Below are positions 8,388 through 17,780 of a DNA stretch of 64,000 nucleotides, in pieces; positions within the stretch are counted from its first letter, which is position 1, and every line of letters starts with the position of its first letter. Position numbers and translations under genes: made by a program. Source of the stretch: Acidobacteriota bacterium (GTDB lineage: Bacteria > Acidobacteriota > Vicinamibacteria > Vicinamibacterales > CAVVIG01). The notes beneath the pieces were generated by a model, which worked only from the letters and a program-made list of their open reading frames with translations, did no database searches and had not been told where the DNA came from. The stretch is from NCBI GenBank assembly GCA_003222535.1, contig QHWJ01000237.1, forward strand, positions 5,641 through 69,640. Reading direction: 5' to 3'.

Positions 8388-9716
8388 TCAAACGGGCGCC
8401 TCGGTGAGTACCGGGAATTCCGGATCGATGGCGAATGCGAGGCGCGCGTGCGCTGTACGCAAGGCTTGCTCGACGCCGGCTGCGCGATCGGCGCGCGCGA
8501 AAATAAATCCGAGGTAGCTCGCGCCTTCGGGCAGCGGCAGCAGCAGCTGATCCACCTTCGCCGTGATGAGGACGTCCTCCACACCGGGCGCCTGACGAGC
8601 GGCGTCGATGCCTTGCACGCCGCGGAAGATACCGCGCCGTGGAATCGGGATCATCATGACGCCCGACGCATCACTCTCGCGGCGCCACGCGCCGGGATTT
8701 TCGCCGAGCGCGTGACGCAGGAGAAGTTCCTCCAACGAGATGGCGGATTGCGGATTGGAGATCGCGGATTGGAGACGAAGCGCTCGCGCGCAGAGGCCGC
8801 CAATGGGGCGAGCCGCCACCTCCAGTACGAAGACCTCGGCCTGCCCGGATCCTGTCGACGGGTTCACCCGGCATTCCGCGTGAACGGGACCGTGATGGAG
8901 GCCGATGGCGTCGGCGGCGCTGGCCACGGTGGAAACGATCCGGGTCTGTACGTCCGCCGGGGCGGATGACGGGGTGACGTAAATCGTCTCCTCGAAGAAT
9001 GGGCCGTCCAGCGGGTCGGGCTTGTCGAAGATCGCGAGCACGTTCAACGCGCCGCGATGCAGCAGCCCTTCAACCGCGTACTCGCGTCCGGGGATGAAAC
9101 CCTCGACCAGCACCGTGTCGTGCGCTTCGTTGCGCTCGGCGCGAACCTCGCGCGTCCGCATGAGCGCGCGAAGGCGTTCGAGCGCCGCGCGAAACGTCGA
9201 CGGATCATCCGCGCGCATCACCCCTCGGCTCCCCGAGAGGGCCACAGGCTTCACGATGCACGGATAGGTCAATGGTGCCCTGTCAAGGGCTGAGGGCTGG
9301 GGGCTGAGGGCTGAGGACTGAGGGTCGATGGCCACTGGAAAGAACCACGGGACCGGCAAGCCGGCGTCGCGCAAACGTTCGCGCGTGAGCTGTTTGTGCC
9401 GCGCAATCGCCGCGGCTTCCGGCGGATGACCCGGCAGGCCGAACGCCTGCGCCACGCGCGCGCCGATGACCGTGGGCAGATCGCCGACCACCAGCACGCC
9501 GTCGATCGGGCGCGCCTTCGCCACCTGGACGATCGCGGCCACCGACGCGTCTTCGTCGTAGAACCGAATCGGGATTGCGTGGTCCTGCCAGGGATCCTCG
9601 ATCAGGTGACACCGATCCGTCGCGAAGACGAGATCCACCCCGAGCCGTTCGGCGGCTTCGCCGAATGCGCGCGTCTGATAGCCGGTCGTCGTCGCCAATA
9701 GAAGAACACGTGTCAT
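8388..9716 (-). CDS. ATP-grasp domain protein (L-amino-acid ligase-like)
   Basis: PCIVKP..SGSRGV, LVEGFIPGREYAVEG, HGPVHAECRV, LEVAARPIGG. Confidence 0.85.
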   Translation of the reverse strand: MTRVLLLATTTGYQTRAFGEAAERLGVDLVFATDRCHLIEDPWQDHAIPIRFYDEDASVAAIVQVAKARPIDGVLVVGDLPTVIGARVAQAFGLPGHPPEAAAIARHKQLTRERLRDAGLPVPWFFPVAIDPQSSALSPQPSALDRAPLTYPCIVKPVALSGSRGVMRADDPSTFRAALERLRALMRTREVRAERNEAHDTVLVEGFIPGREYAVEGLLHRGALNVLAIFDKPDPLDGPFFEETIYVTPSSAPADVQTRIVSTVASAADAIGLHHGPVHAECRVNPSTGSGQAEVFVLEVAARPIGGLCARALRLQSAISNPQSAISLEELLLRHALGENPGAWRRESDASGVMMIPIPRRGIFRGVQGIDAARQAPGVEDVLITAKVDQLLLPLPEGASYLGFIFARADRAAGVEQALRTAHARLAFAIDPEFPVLTEAPV

Positions 9717-9804
9717 GGCTCAGGGCTGAGGGCTAATGGCTATAGGTTGATGGTTGCTGGTGGTCCATTTCACCATTGCCATCAGCCATGAGCCATCGGC
9801 CATG
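9716..9804. repeat. Heptamer tandem inverted repeat (ATGGCTG/CAGCCAT type)
   Basis: GGCTGAG GGCTAAT GGCTATA GGTTGAT GG ... CCATTG CCATCAG CCATGAG CCATCGG CCAT. Confidence 0.7.
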
Positions 9805-9807
9805 TCG

Positions 9808-11292
9808 CTATAGCAGAGCAACCTGCTCTGCATTCGGCTCGGCTCAACAGTACCAAGGCTCGTTGAGATACGGGACGGTGGCGCGGTGGCGCGCGGGCCT
9901 CCCATCGGCCTGCCCTGAGCGAAGTCGAAGGGCCTGCTCTGAGCGGAGTCGACGAGTGGACGGAGTCGGAACGCCGGCGCGCTCGTGCGCGAGGGCGCTG
10001 ACCTGGTTGAACAGTGTCCGTCGATCCGCGATCAACTGCGTGCCCACCAACGCCATCGCATCGCGCTGCAGCGCGTCGACGCGAGGGTCGGGGTGGGTCC
10101 AGGGGTGCGTCAACGTCGCCGGATCGAACGCGCCGATGTGGGGGCGCATCTCGTCCACTGCCAGCAGCCCCGAGCCTCGGGGAATCAGCAGCCGGATGGC
10201 GAGCTGGATCGGCGACACGTGCTCGATGAGATCAAGGCTCTCGATCGTGTCGAGCAGCTCGCAGTACGACGCCAGCGTGAGCCACGGGTGAAACGCCACG
10301 AAGGTCGGCACCAGCGTCACCCCGGCCTCACGACACAACGCGACCGTCTGGAAGAAATCCGCGCGCGTGTGCCCCTTGCCGAGGAGCGCCAGCACGCGAT
10401 CGTCGACCGATTCGATCGCGCTCGTCACGAACGCGCAGCCGGTGTCCGCCAGCCGGGGCGCCAGATCGCGGTGGCGCAGGAGGTGCTCGACCTTGATCGT
10501 CACGTCGTAGCTGACCGCCGGATACGCCTCGTGCATCGCCGACACGATTCGCATCGCGTGCGTCGGGCCGTTGAAAAAATCGGGATCGCCGAACGTGATG
10601 TGCTCGGCGCCCGCGGCGATCTGCGCCGCCACGTCGGCCAGCACGATGTCCGGCTGCACGACGCGGAACTGCCCCTGGTAGACCGGTACGACGGGACAAT
10701 GCCGGCAGAGATGAAGGCATCCGCGGCTCGCCTCGGTGTAGCCGACCAGCCGTCGCTGGCCATCGGGCATCTGCAGCGTCGCGTAGCGCGAGAGCGGAGG
10801 CAGCCCGGTGCGATCGGGAAGGCGGAAATGAATCCGCGGTAACGGACGACGATCGAACGCGGAGCCCGCAAAGCCCGCAGAGAACGCATCGCTTGGCGCC
10901 CTTTGCGCGCTTCGCGCTCCTCGTTCGCCCGCCATCGACCTCGCGACCTCCGCCAGATCCTCTTCGAACTCCCCGCCGAGCACCTCGTCGGCTCCGAGCG
11001 ATCGCAGCCAGTCCGCGTTGAGCGGCGCATACAACCCGAACACGCAGATCCGCGCCGACGGGTTCAGACGCCTGGCGGTGGCGATGATCGGCGCAGCCAG
11101 ACGCGTCGCCGTATGCATCGGCAGGTGGAAGCCGATGAGGTCGGCGGAGACGAGATTCGCCTCCTGCAGTCGTTCCTTCGCTGCGTCCACCGGCGCCACG
11201 TCCCATCCCGCCGCACGCAGCCACGCCGCAGCGGAGGCGAGGGCGAATGGTTGACGGCCCATTTCGTACGTGCTGATGAGGACCGCGAACAT
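9808..11292 (-). CDS. CUAEP-tail radical SAM selenoprotein (B12-binding-like N-terminus); UGA 9846-9844 read as Sec
   Basis: CLHLCRHC radical SAM motif; frame continues EPWYC-TGA-AEPNAEQVALL-TAG; SECIS-like hairpin follows; start ATG 11292. Confidence 0.85.
9813..9831 (-). promoter_or_regulatory. Putative bacterial SECIS hairpin
   Basis: GCAGAGCA-GGU-UGCUCUGC, a perfect 8-bp stem starting 12 nt 3' of the in-frame UGA. Confidence 0.75.
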
Positions 11293-11315
11293 GCCTAGTA
11301 TTGTAGACTCCGCGC
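11293..11315. promoter_or_regulatory. Bidirectional overlapping -10 boxes for two leaderless genes
   Basis: TACAAT (minus, 11305-11300) 7 nt before ATG 11292; TAGACT (plus, 11304-11309) 6 nt before ATG 11316; no RBS on either side. Confidence 0.6.
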
Positions 11316-12587
11316 ATGGTTTCACGCCGCCATCCGCCGGGACTCTACGTGCTGTTCTTCACCGAGCTGTGGGAGCGCTACAGCTTCTATTCGATGATGG
11401 CCATCCTGTCGCTCTACATGAACGAGGCGCTGCAGTTCGACGTGGCCCACGTCGGGCGCGTGTACGGCGCGTACACCGCCGGAGTGTACTTCCTGCCGCT
11501 CTTCGGCGGCCTGCTCGCCGACCGCGTCCTCGGCTTCAACCGGGCCGTGATTGCCGGCGGCGTGCTGATGATGCTCGGTCACCTCGTCCTTGGCGTCGAA
11601 TCTCTGCCATTTTTCTACGCGGGGCTGGTCCTGCTCGCCTGCGGCAGTGGCTTGCTCAAGCCGAACGTGTCGACGCTCGTCGGGAATCTGTATCGCGACC
11701 GGCCGGAGCTGCGCGATCAGGGATTCAACATCTTCTATATGGGCATCAACCTCGGCGCGTTCATCTCGCCGCTGACCGTCTCGTGGCTGCGGACGCACTA
11801 CGGCTGGGGACCCGCGTTCATGTCGGCGGCGGGCGCGATGGTCATCTCGCTCCTCGTATTCATCGTGTTCAACCGCCACGTGGCCGACGCGGCCGTCAAG
11901 GTGGAGGAAAACTCCGTGGAGGCGCGGGCGTTGAGCCCCGAGGAGGCGCGATCGCGCGTCCTCACGCTCGTGGCGGTCTTCGCGATCTCGATGGTGTTCT
12001 GGCTCGCGTTCTACCAGATCTTCTACACCTTCACGTTCTGGGCGCGGGACAACACGCTGACCACGATCCCGCCGGAGCGGTTCCAGGTCTTCGAGCCGCT
12101 GGGCGTCATCCTGCTCTCACCCGTCCTGGTTGCCGTCTGGAGGTGGCTGCAACGCCGCAACGCCGAGCCGTCCACGCCGGTCAAGATGCTGTTGGGCGTC
12201 GTGCTCGTCGCCATCGCCTTTGGCATGCTGGCGTACGCCGGCATGACCGGCGGCGATGCCGGGCGTGTGTCGGCTCAGTGGCTGATCTGGGCGAACGTGA
12301 TCATCGCGCTGGGCGAGATCTCCCTCAGCCCGATGGGGCTCTCGCTCGTCAACATGCTGGCGCCGCCGCGCAACCGCGGACTCCTGATGGGCGGCTGGTT
12401 CGCCAGCCTCGCCACCGGCGGCTACCTGGCCGGATACATCGGCGGCTACTGGGACCGGATGCCGCACAGCCGGTTCTTCCTGATGGTCACCCTTATTCTG
12501 ATCGCGACGGCCGTGCCGTTGAGCCTGATGACGCTGCAAATCAAACGGACCATCGCGCGAAGCCAGACTGTGCCGGTGGGACAATAG
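11316..12587 (+). CDS. POT/PTR-family proton-dependent oligopeptide transporter (MFS)
   Basis: HPPGLYVLFFTELWERYSFY (ExxER motif), GGLLADR, LKPNVS, FYMGINLG, GEISLSP. Confidence 0.92.
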   Translation: MVSRRHPPGLYVLFFTELWERYSFYSMMAILSLYMNEALQFDVAHVGRVYGAYTAGVYFLPLFGGLLADRVLGFNRAVIAGGVLMMLGHLVLGVESLPFFYAGLVLLACGSGLLKPNVSTLVGNLYRDRPELRDQGFNIFYMGINLGAFISPLTVSWLRTHYGWGPAFMSAAGAMVISLLVFIVFNRHVADAAVKVEENSVEARALSPEEARSRVLTLVAVFAISMVFWLAFYQIFYTFTFWARDNTLTTIPPERFQVFEPLGVILLSPVLVAVWRWLQRRNAEPSTPVKMLLGVVLVAIAFGMLAYAGMTGGDAGRVSAQWLIWANVIIALGEISLSPMGLSLVNMLAPPRNRGLLMGGWFASLATGGYLAGYIGGYWDRMPHSRFFLMVTLILIATAVPLSLMTLQIKRTIARSQTVPVGQ

Positions 12588-12590
12588 ACC

Positions 12591-13430
12591 ATGGCGCTCG
12601 AAGAGTACAAACGCAAACGCGACTTCAGGAAGACGCCCGAGCCGGAAGGCACGGTCGCCGCGAAACAGGCGGAACGTGAACGCTTCTTCTGCGTGCAGAA
12701 GCATCTGGCGACCCACTTGCACTACGATTTCCGGCTCGAGCACAACGGCGTCCTGTTGTCGTGGGCCGTACCGAAGGGCCCGTCGCTCGACCCGACGGTC
12801 AAGCGGCTCGCAATGAAAGTTGAAGATCACCCGATCGAGTACGGCGAGTTCGAAGGCGTGATCCCCGAGGGCTACGGCGCCGGGATCGTGATGCTCTGGG
12901 ATCGCGGCACGTGGACGTCCGAGACAGGGGATGTCGACCGGGCGCTGACGAAGGGCGACCTGAAGCTCACGCTGAACGGCTACAAGCTGAAAGGCTCGTG
13001 GGTCCTGGTGCGGACCGGCGGGCGCTATGCCCGTGCGCGAGGCGGCGGCGATCGATCGTGGTTGCTGATCAAGCACCGCGACGACTGGGCGGGTGATCTC
13101 GACATCACCGAGTTCGCGCCGCGCAGCGTGAAGAGCGACGGCGACTTCGAGGACATCCTCGCGGAGGACAACCCCGCGATCTGGCACACGAACCGACCGG
13201 CCAAGGGCGGCGAGACCGGTACGATGTTCACCGGGATCATCGAGCGCGCGGCCGCATTGAAAGCCGCGCGCTCCACAAAGGACACAAAGGTTACAAAGGA
13301 CACAAAGGTTACAAAGGACACAAAGGTTACCAAGGACACAAAGGTTGCGCGAGAATCAAAGAAAAAGGCCGTCCCCGCCAGCATGACGTCGAAGACCAAG
13401 AGCGGACGGAAACCACCAGGACAGAAGTAG
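12591..13430 (+). CDS. Stand-alone LigD 3'-phosphoesterase (PE) domain protein with repeat-encoded basic tail
   Basis: LEEYKRKRDFRKTPEP, VQKHLATHLHYDFRLE, SWAVPKGPS, EDHPIEY; no ligase or polymerase domain. Confidence 0.9.
   Translation: MALEEYKRKRDFRKTPEPEGTVAAKQAERERFFCVQKHLATHLHYDFRLEHNGVLLSWAVPKGPSLDPTVKRLAMKVEDHPIEYGEFEGVIPEGYGAGIVMLWDRGTWTSETGDVDRALTKGDLKLTLNGYKLKGSWVLVRTGGRYARARGGGDRSWLLIKHRDDWAGDLDITEFAPRSVKSDGDFEDILAEDNPAIWHTNRPAKGGETGTMFTGIIERAAALKAARSTKDTKVTKDTKVTKDTKVTKDTKVARESKKKAVPASMTSKTKSGRKPPGQK
13275..13346 (+). repeat. 4 x 18-bp tandem repeat ACAAAGGACACAAAGGTT (TKDTKV)
   Basis: Three identical units plus one with a single mismatch. Confidence 0.95.
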
Positions 13431-13436
13431 CTCTGC

Positions 13437-16430
13437 GTGCCCAGCGGGCTCTGCGTTGATCGTCGTCTTCTCGGACTCGCCGCGTGTGCAGCTCTGACGC
13501 TCGCCCTCGGCGGCGCTCAGGACTTCTCGTCCACGCGCCAGATCGATCTCACGCTGACCGAAGGCACATCGATGTCGGCGGCCGCGTCGCCCGATCGCCA
13601 GTGGATTGCGATCGATCTCGTCGGCAGCCTGTGGATCCTGCCGATGCGTGGGGGCGAGGCGAAACGAATTTCGCCCGAGCTGCTCGAAGCGCGTCTGCCC
13701 ACGTGGTCGCCGGACAGCCAGTCCATCGCCTTCCAGGGGTACGACGATGGGAGCTGGCACGTCTATGTGATCCGGCGCGACGGCGGCGATGCCAGGCCGC
13801 TCACGCGAGGCGAGTTCGACGACCGCGAGCCCGCGTGGTCGCACGACGGCACGCGCATCGCCTTCTCGTCGGACCGGTTCGGCGGCATCACGACGATCTG
13901 GGAACTGACGGTCGCGACCGGAGAGCTGCGGCGCGTCAGCACCCGGGACGGCGCGATGCCGAGCTGGGCGCCGAACGACCGGGAGATCACGTTCGTGTCG
14001 CGCGACCGGGAGCGCGAGGGCCCGGCCGATCGGCGCGACAGCGCGCCGGGGCTGTGGGCCGTCAACACCGAGGGCCGTGAGCGGCTCGTGATGGACGGCA
14101 GGCGTGACGGCATGCCGGCAGCAGCGGCGTGGAATCCCGACGGCATAGAGGTCGCGTACACGAGCGCCGGCGGTCATCTCGGCGTCAACGGACGCGCGCT
14201 GAGCGGCCGCGACGAGGACGTCTTTCCATTCCGGCCCCATTGGATCTCCCGGACCGAGGTCCTTTACACAGCCGACGGCCACATCAAGCACCGATCGCTC
14301 GTGCCCGGCGCCGCGGCCACCGTCATTCCGTTCTCCGCCAGCGTCTCGCTCCACCGCAGCACCTTTCCGATCGCACACCGCGTGCTCGAACCGGCCGAGC
14401 CGCAGCGGCTCGCCGGCATCGTGAACCCCGTCGTCTCGCCGGACGGCCGCACCATCGCCTTTACGGCGATGGGCGATCTCTGGATGCTGCCGGTCGGGGG
14501 GGATGCAGTGCAGGTCACCAACGATCCAGCCGTCGAGCTCGACCCGGCATGGTCGCCGGACGGGACGCGGCTCGCGTTCTCGAGCGATCGGGGCGGGCAC
14601 ATGGATCTCTGGCTCTACGACTTCCGGACGAACGTGATCACGCAGGTCACGCACGAACGCGCCGCGGTCTCGGGCGCGGCGTGGTCGCCGGACGGTTCGC
14701 ACATCGCGTACCTCGGCGATCGACGCGACGTCCACTCGGTCCGTGTCTCACCCGGTGATTGCCTCGGCGGCGGCGACAGGAGCACGAGTGCCCGAGAGCT
14801 TGGCCGGCCGACGTGGGCGCCGGGCTGCAGATCGGTTGCGGTCGGCTCGTTGTTTCCGTACTCGGATCGATACCGCGAGGGGCTGAATCAACTGCTCCTG
14901 TATTCGTTCGACTCCGGCTCCTGGTCCCAGTCCCTGATCTTTCCCCAACACTCGGCGGGCAATCGTCAAGACAACGGGCCGGTGTGGTCACCGAACGGCA
15001 CCGAGATGGTGTTCGTCACCGAGGGCAGGCTCTGGTCGATCAACGTCGACCAGGGCGGCGGCGCGATCGGGCCGCCCAGACCGATTGCCGACGACCAGCC
15101 CGAGTCGCCCAGCTGGGAAGGCGACTCACGCCACATCGTTTATCAGACGCCGAATGGCCTGCGCCGCATCCTGGCCGACGGCAGCCTTCCCGATCCGATC
15201 GCGCTCGACCTCACCTGGAAAGCGGCCCCGACACCCGGCCGCATCGTGGTCCACGCCGGCCATGTGCTGGACGGAACGATGGATGCGCTCCGCGGCGAAT
15301 CGGACATCGTGATCGAACACGGCGTCATTCGCAGCATCGAGGGTCATCGCGACGAGCTGCACGCGGGCGCCGTCGTGGACGCGCCCGCCGAGACCGTGAT
15401 CCCCGGCCTGATCGACATGCACGCGCATCTCGACGAAGGGTACGGCGGCAACTTCGGCCGCATCTGGCTGGCGTATGGGATTACCAGCCTGCGGATTCCC
15501 GGCGTCAACCCGCATGCCGGCCTCGAAGAGCGCGAGGCATTCGACGCGGGCCGGCGTCCCGGCCCGCGCGTGTTCCTCGCGGGCGATCCGCTCGACGGTG
15601 CTCGCGTCTTTTACCCCGGCGGCGTGTCCGTGACCTCAGACGCGCAGCTCGATCAGGAGCTGGATCGCGCATCGGCGCTCGGCGTCGATTTCTTCAAGAC
15701 CGACGTCCGGCTGCCCGATCGCCTGCAGAAGCGCGTGGTCGAGTATGCGCATGCGCAGGGCAAGCCGGTCACGTCGCACGAGCTGTATCCCGCCGTGGCG
15801 TTCGGTATCGACGGCGTCGAGCACCTGCGCGATTCCAGCCGGCGCGGCTATTCGCCGACGCTGAGCGCGACGAACCACGCGTACAAAGATGTGATCGATC
15901 TCATCGCCAGGTCCGGGGTCACGCTGACGCCGACCCTCGGCATCCAGGGCGGATTCCAGGCCCGTGCCACCGGCGACAAGACGCTGCTGTTCGATCAGCG
16001 TCTCGGTTTGTTTCCGCTGCCCGTTGTCGCGACGCTGACCGATCTCGCCGCGGCGCGCCCGGACCCGTTGCGCGATCTGGCCGTGAAGCCGTACGAAGCG
16101 GCGCTGAAAGCCATCTTCGCGGCCGGCGGGAAGATCATCGCGGGCACCGACTCACCTGTGGTGCCGTACGGCCTCGGACTCCATGTGGAGCTCGAGGCAT
16201 ACGTGCACGCCGGCCTGACGCCGTTTCAGGCGCTCCAGACGGCCACGATCAACGCGGCGCAGGCGCTCGGGCTGGGCGACGCGCTCGGGACGATCGAGCC
16301 GGGCAAGATCGCGGACCTGACGTTCCTCGGCAGCGATCCGCTCCTCGACATTCGCAACACGCGCGACGTGAAACGGGTGATGCGGGGCGGTCGGATCTTC
16401 GCGGTCAGCGAGCTTGTCACGAAGAAATGA
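13437..16430 (+). CDS. Secreted TolB/PD40 beta-propeller plus metal-dependent amidohydrolase
   Basis: Multiple P.WSPDG repeats; PGLIDMHAH, AGTD, QTATINAA, GTIEPGKIADL. Confidence 0.88.
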   Translation: MPSGLCVDRRLLGLAACAALTLALGGAQDFSSTRQIDLTLTEGTSMSAAASPDRQWIAIDLVGSLWILPMRGGEAKRISPELLEARLPTWSPDSQSIAFQGYDDGSWHVYVIRRDGGDARPLTRGEFDDREPAWSHDGTRIAFSSDRFGGITTIWELTVATGELRRVSTRDGAMPSWAPNDREITFVSRDREREGPADRRDSAPGLWAVNTEGRERLVMDGRRDGMPAAAAWNPDGIEVAYTSAGGHLGVNGRALSGRDEDVFPFRPHWISRTEVLYTADGHIKHRSLVPGAAATVIPFSASVSLHRSTFPIAHRVLEPAEPQRLAGIVNPVVSPDGRTIAFTAMGDLWMLPVGGDAVQVTNDPAVELDPAWSPDGTRLAFSSDRGGHMDLWLYDFRTNVITQVTHERAAVSGAAWSPDGSHIAYLGDRRDVHSVRVSPGDCLGGGDRSTSARELGRPTWAPGCRSVAVGSLFPYSDRYREGLNQLLLYSFDSGSWSQSLIFPQHSAGNRQDNGPVWSPNGTEMVFVTEGRLWSINVDQGGGAIGPPRPIADDQPESPSWEGDSRHIVYQTPNGLRRILADGSLPDPIALDLTWKAAPTPGRIVVHAGHVLDGTMDALRGESDIVIEHGVIRSIEGHRDELHAGAVVDAPAETVIPGLIDMHAHLDEGYGGNFGRIWLAYGITSLRIPGVNPHAGLEEREAFDAGRRPGPRVFLAGDPLDGARVFYPGGVSVTSDAQLDQELDRASALGVDFFKTDVRLPDRLQKRVVEYAHAQGKPVTSHELYPAVAFGIDGVEHLRDSSRRGYSPTLSATNHAYKDVIDLIARSGVTLTPTLGIQGGFQARATGDKTLLFDQRLGLFPLPVVATLTDLAAARPDPLRDLAVKPYEAALKAIFAAGGKIIAGTDSPVVPYGLGLHVELEAYVHAGLTPFQALQTATINAAQALGLGDALGTIEPGKIADLTFLGSDPLLDIRNTRDVKRVMRGGRIFAVSELVTKK

Positions 16431-16456
16431 ACGGCTCCGCGGTCGCACGTACAGAT

Positions 16457-16566
16457 CGCTCGTGGTGAGCTTGTCGAACCACGAGCAAACGGCTCATCAT
16501 CCGACAGGCCTGTCCTGAGCGAGCGGCTCATCCTTCGACAAGCTCAGGATGAGCGGTGTATCGAAG
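16457..16566. repeat. REP-like palindrome cluster (CTTCGACAAGCTCA family) between convergent genes
   Basis: GCTCGTGGTGAGCTTGTCGAACCACGAGC and GCTCATCCTTCGACAAGCTCAGGATGAGC hairpins. Confidence 0.8.
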
Positions 16567-16582
16567 CGTCACACCCGCCCCT

Positions 16583-17554
16583 TCAGCTCTCGCCCAGCAA
16601 CCGCCTGGAGAGCACGCTCCAGACGGCGTACGCGAGCCGCTGGCGATCGTGCCTCGCGATGTCGCTGGTCCAGAATTCTCCGCCCACCAGCTCGCAGTAA
16701 TCCGGCAGCCGGCCCGGTGCGAGCGGCTCCTTGTGCTCCATCGCGTACCGGGCGAGCACCTGGAGCGACGGCCATTTCATGTTGGTGATGACGACGTCGA
16801 CCTTGCGCCCCGAGGCCTCCTCGATGCGCGCCACCGCATCGGCCGCCGTGAAGCCGACCATGCCGCGCCCTTCGGTCAGCAGATTGGCGATGAGAATGAT
16901 CGGGCCTTTCATGGTCACCAGCGCCTCGGCGACGCCGCGGACGAGAAAAATCGGCATCAAGCTCGTGTAGAAGCTGCCGGGCCCGATGATGACGGCGTCG
17001 AACTCGCTGATCGCCGCCGCCACGGCCGGATAAATCGAGACCGGCGGCTCGAGCCAGATGCGCCGGACGAACTGCCCTGATGACTGCCCCGCATCGACCT
17101 CCACTTCGCCACGGGTCGCCGATCCGTCGCCGTATTCGGCGCAGACCGACGCCTGCTGCACGCTGACCGGCCACACGCGGCCGCGGCAGCCGAGCAGCGC
17201 GCGCAGCCCGTCGATGGCGTCGAGGAAATCGCCGCTGTAGCGCTGCATCATCGACAGCAGCAGATTCCCGCCGGTATGCCCGCCGAGCCTTGCATGCTCG
17301 AGCGTGGGGAGCCGCGCGAGAAGCACGCGGCGGGCCTCTCGACCGTTGCGCGACAGCGCGAGCGCGCACTTGAGGACGTCGCCAGGCGGCAGCACGCCGA
17401 GCTCATCGCGCAGTTGCCCGGAGCTTCCGCCGCTGTCGAACATCGTGACGACTGCGTTCAGGTGCAGCCAGGGATTGTGCTTCAACCCACCCAGCAGACT
17501 CGGCAGTCCCGTACCGCCGCCGAAGCAGCCGACGTTCACCTGGCGCAGTCGCAT
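16583..17554 (-). CDS. yvcK: YvcK/CofD-related UPF0052 protein (gluconeogenesis factor)
   Basis: FGGGTGL, DSGGSSG.LR, PPGD, GHTGGNL, IIGPGSFYTS; start uncertain (17554-17653). Confidence 0.88.
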   Translation of the reverse strand: MRLRQVNVGCFGGGTGLPSLLGGLKHNPWLHLNAVVTMFDSGGSSGQLRDELGVLPPGDVLKCALALSRNGREARRVLLARLPTLEHARLGGHTGGNLLLSMMQRYSGDFLDAIDGLRALLGCRGRVWPVSVQQASVCAEYGDGSATRGEVEVDAGQSSGQFVRRIWLEPPVSIYPAVAAAISEFDAVIIGPGSFYTSLMPIFLVRGVAEALVTMKGPIILIANLLTEGRGMVGFTAADAVARIEEASGRKVDVVITNMKWPSLQVLARYAMEHKEPLAPGRLPDYCELVGGEFWTSDIARHDRQRLAYAVWSVLSRRLLGES

Positions 17555-17657
17555 CGGGTTCACATTGTAGTCCGTGGTCCAGTGACGAAGCGTCGCCTCA
17601 ACCGCCGGGTCACGCGTCTGCGGGCGCACCGGCGAATCCTCATTACCAGGCATGCGT

Positions 17658-17712
17658 CGTAGGGCGACCCTTTCAGGGTCGCCGAAAGTGTAGGGCGACG
17701 CCTTCGCCCTAC
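17658..17712. repeat. GTAG-type REP doublet
   Basis: GTAGGGCGACCCTTTCAGGGTCGCC followed by GTAGGGCGACGCCTTCGCCCTAC. Confidence 0.8.
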
Positions 17713-17780
17713 ATTTTCATCCGCCCTAGTTCCCCGTGGTCAGGGGCGCACCTTCGATGTGAGACCGTACAATGAGAGAC

